Of a stretch of DNA of 64,000 nt, positions 62,690 to 64,000 are shown piece by piece. Position numbers and translations under genes: made by a program. Below the pieces are notes generated by a model, which was given only the letters and a program-made list of their open reading frames with translations, had not been told where the DNA came from and did no database searches. Every line of letters starts with the position of its first letter. Positions within the stretch are counted from its first letter, which is position 1. The DNA is from Cirrosporium novae-zelandiae (taxonomy: Eukaryota), in NCBI GenBank assembly GCA_026023565.1, contig JAPETS010000055.1, positions 1 to 64,000 on the forward strand, in the 5' to 3' direction.

Positions 62690-63967
62690 CTAGCGCTGTG
62701 CATCTACAAGAATCTTAACGTGGTTGGCCTTGTCATTAATTAGTGTTTTGAACCCCTTTTCTTCCACTTCGTCCATACTGATTCTCGCTGTGATCATGGG
62801 TTCTGGGTTTAATTTCCCTAACACTAAAGTCAGTATGCGTTCCTATTAGAAAACGATATCAAAAACGCCTTACCTTCGGAAATAGCTTGCACCACCTCCC
62901 TGAAATCTTGATGGAGGTACGTTGCGATACCCATATAATGAAGTTCACGATAGACGAACTGGTTCATATCCACATAGGCTGGTCTGGGCCAGATGGCCAC
63001 ATTGACAACTGTCCCTCTTGTCTTCACAGCTGCGAATGCTTGATTGAGACCTGGTTGAACTCCAGCGGCATCAAACGCAATTTCGGCTCCATCTCCTCCA
63101 GTCGCTTCCTTGACCTTTGCAACAACATCATCCTTTGATGGATCTAACACTAGCATGGCACCAAATTCTTTGGCGAATTTCTGTCGACGAGCAGCCATTT
63201 CCGATACAATAATCTTGGTTGCTCCTTTGGCCTTTAGTGATTGTATAAGGGCAAGTCCGATGGGTCCAGCACCGAGGACCAGAACCGTATCCGTAGGTTG
63301 GAAAGGACTTAGATCTATACTGTGCCATGCTACCGCCAGTGGCTCAACAACAGCTTTAAAAATTGAGTTAGCTGATTGTTGAATGGAAAAATCATGAGAA
63401 AATACCTCCAAAGTCAAGTGGAACATCGCCTAATGGTATGAGATGTCGTGGAGGACAGACTAGATGTTGAGCCATCCCACCTCCCCAACCTAGTGTAGCA
63501 TATTAGCAGGTTATAGTAGTAAAAACTTTCTTCCCACATACCGGTCAACCCGTAGAAACCATTATCTTCGCAATCGTTAAATAGTCCTCTCTTGCATGCT
63601 GGGCACTTTCCACACCACTGGATGGGAAACACCGCGACGTTTTGTCCAACTTTAAATCCCTCAACACCTGCACCAATTTCTTCAATGGTTCCACTGAACT
63701 CATGGCCTAATACAACGGGAACCTTCTCGCCAGTAATGCCGTGTGGTTTCGTCGGACATATATTTGCGCCATCATGGTATTCGTGAAGATCTGTCCCGCA
63801 AATTCCGGCAAAGCCTGGCTTAAGCTAAAATTGGGATGAAGAGTCAGCGATGTTTTCGCATTTGATATTTGAGCAATCGATACCTTGACAAGTCCTGGGC
63901 CACACTTTGGCTCCTCAATCTCTTCAACCCGGATGTCTTCCTTTCCGTAATACCTGACAGCCTTCAT
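62690..63967 (-). CDS. Zn-dependent MDR dehydrogenase, 2,3-butanediol/polyol dehydrogenase type
   Basis: MKAVRYYGKEDIRVEE, GICGTDLHEY, GHEFSG, structural Cys cluster, VEPLAVAWH, GAGPIG and HVKILV; 4 introns. Confidence 0.92.
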
Positions 63968-64000
63968 TTTTAATAATCTCTATTCGAATACAAAATATTG

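Overview
Intron-rich filamentous ascomycete (Pezizomycotina-type) nuclear DNA with about 21 protein-coding genes; I reconstructed most exon structures by hand. From left to right: (1) a small Cys-rich Zn-ribbon protein, a Zn2Cys6 transcription factor (TF) and a PIR/CIS3 cell-wall protein. (2) A compact four-gene cluster at 10.7-22.2 kb: an amadoriase/pipecolate/saccharopine-oxidase-family flavoenzyme, a Zn2Cys6 regulator, a DAL5-type MFS permease and an ATP-dependent 5-oxoprolinase/hydantoinase. It is arranged as two divergent pairs whose promoters are dense in GATA sites, and it looks like a nitrogen-scavenging pathway for a lactam or N-substituted amino acid. This is the best candidate for an undescribed system. 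(3) An accessory island at 22.4-30.3 kb with orphan ORFs, an ABM-family gene, a structured solo-LTR-like element and a hairpin repeat family. (4) A housekeeping block: DPB3/CHRAC-like histone fold, CLC channel, TMEM42-like, TOA2, VMA16 and cnxE. (5) A 7.6 kb non-coding stretch containing a second, related LTR-like element, upstream of a small gene with a 3' UTR intron. (6) A large WD40 protein, a probable frameshifted orphan and two tandem MDR alcohol dehydrogenases. I recognised no rRNA, tRNA or CRISPR. All calls come from reading the sequence by eye; no database searches were run.
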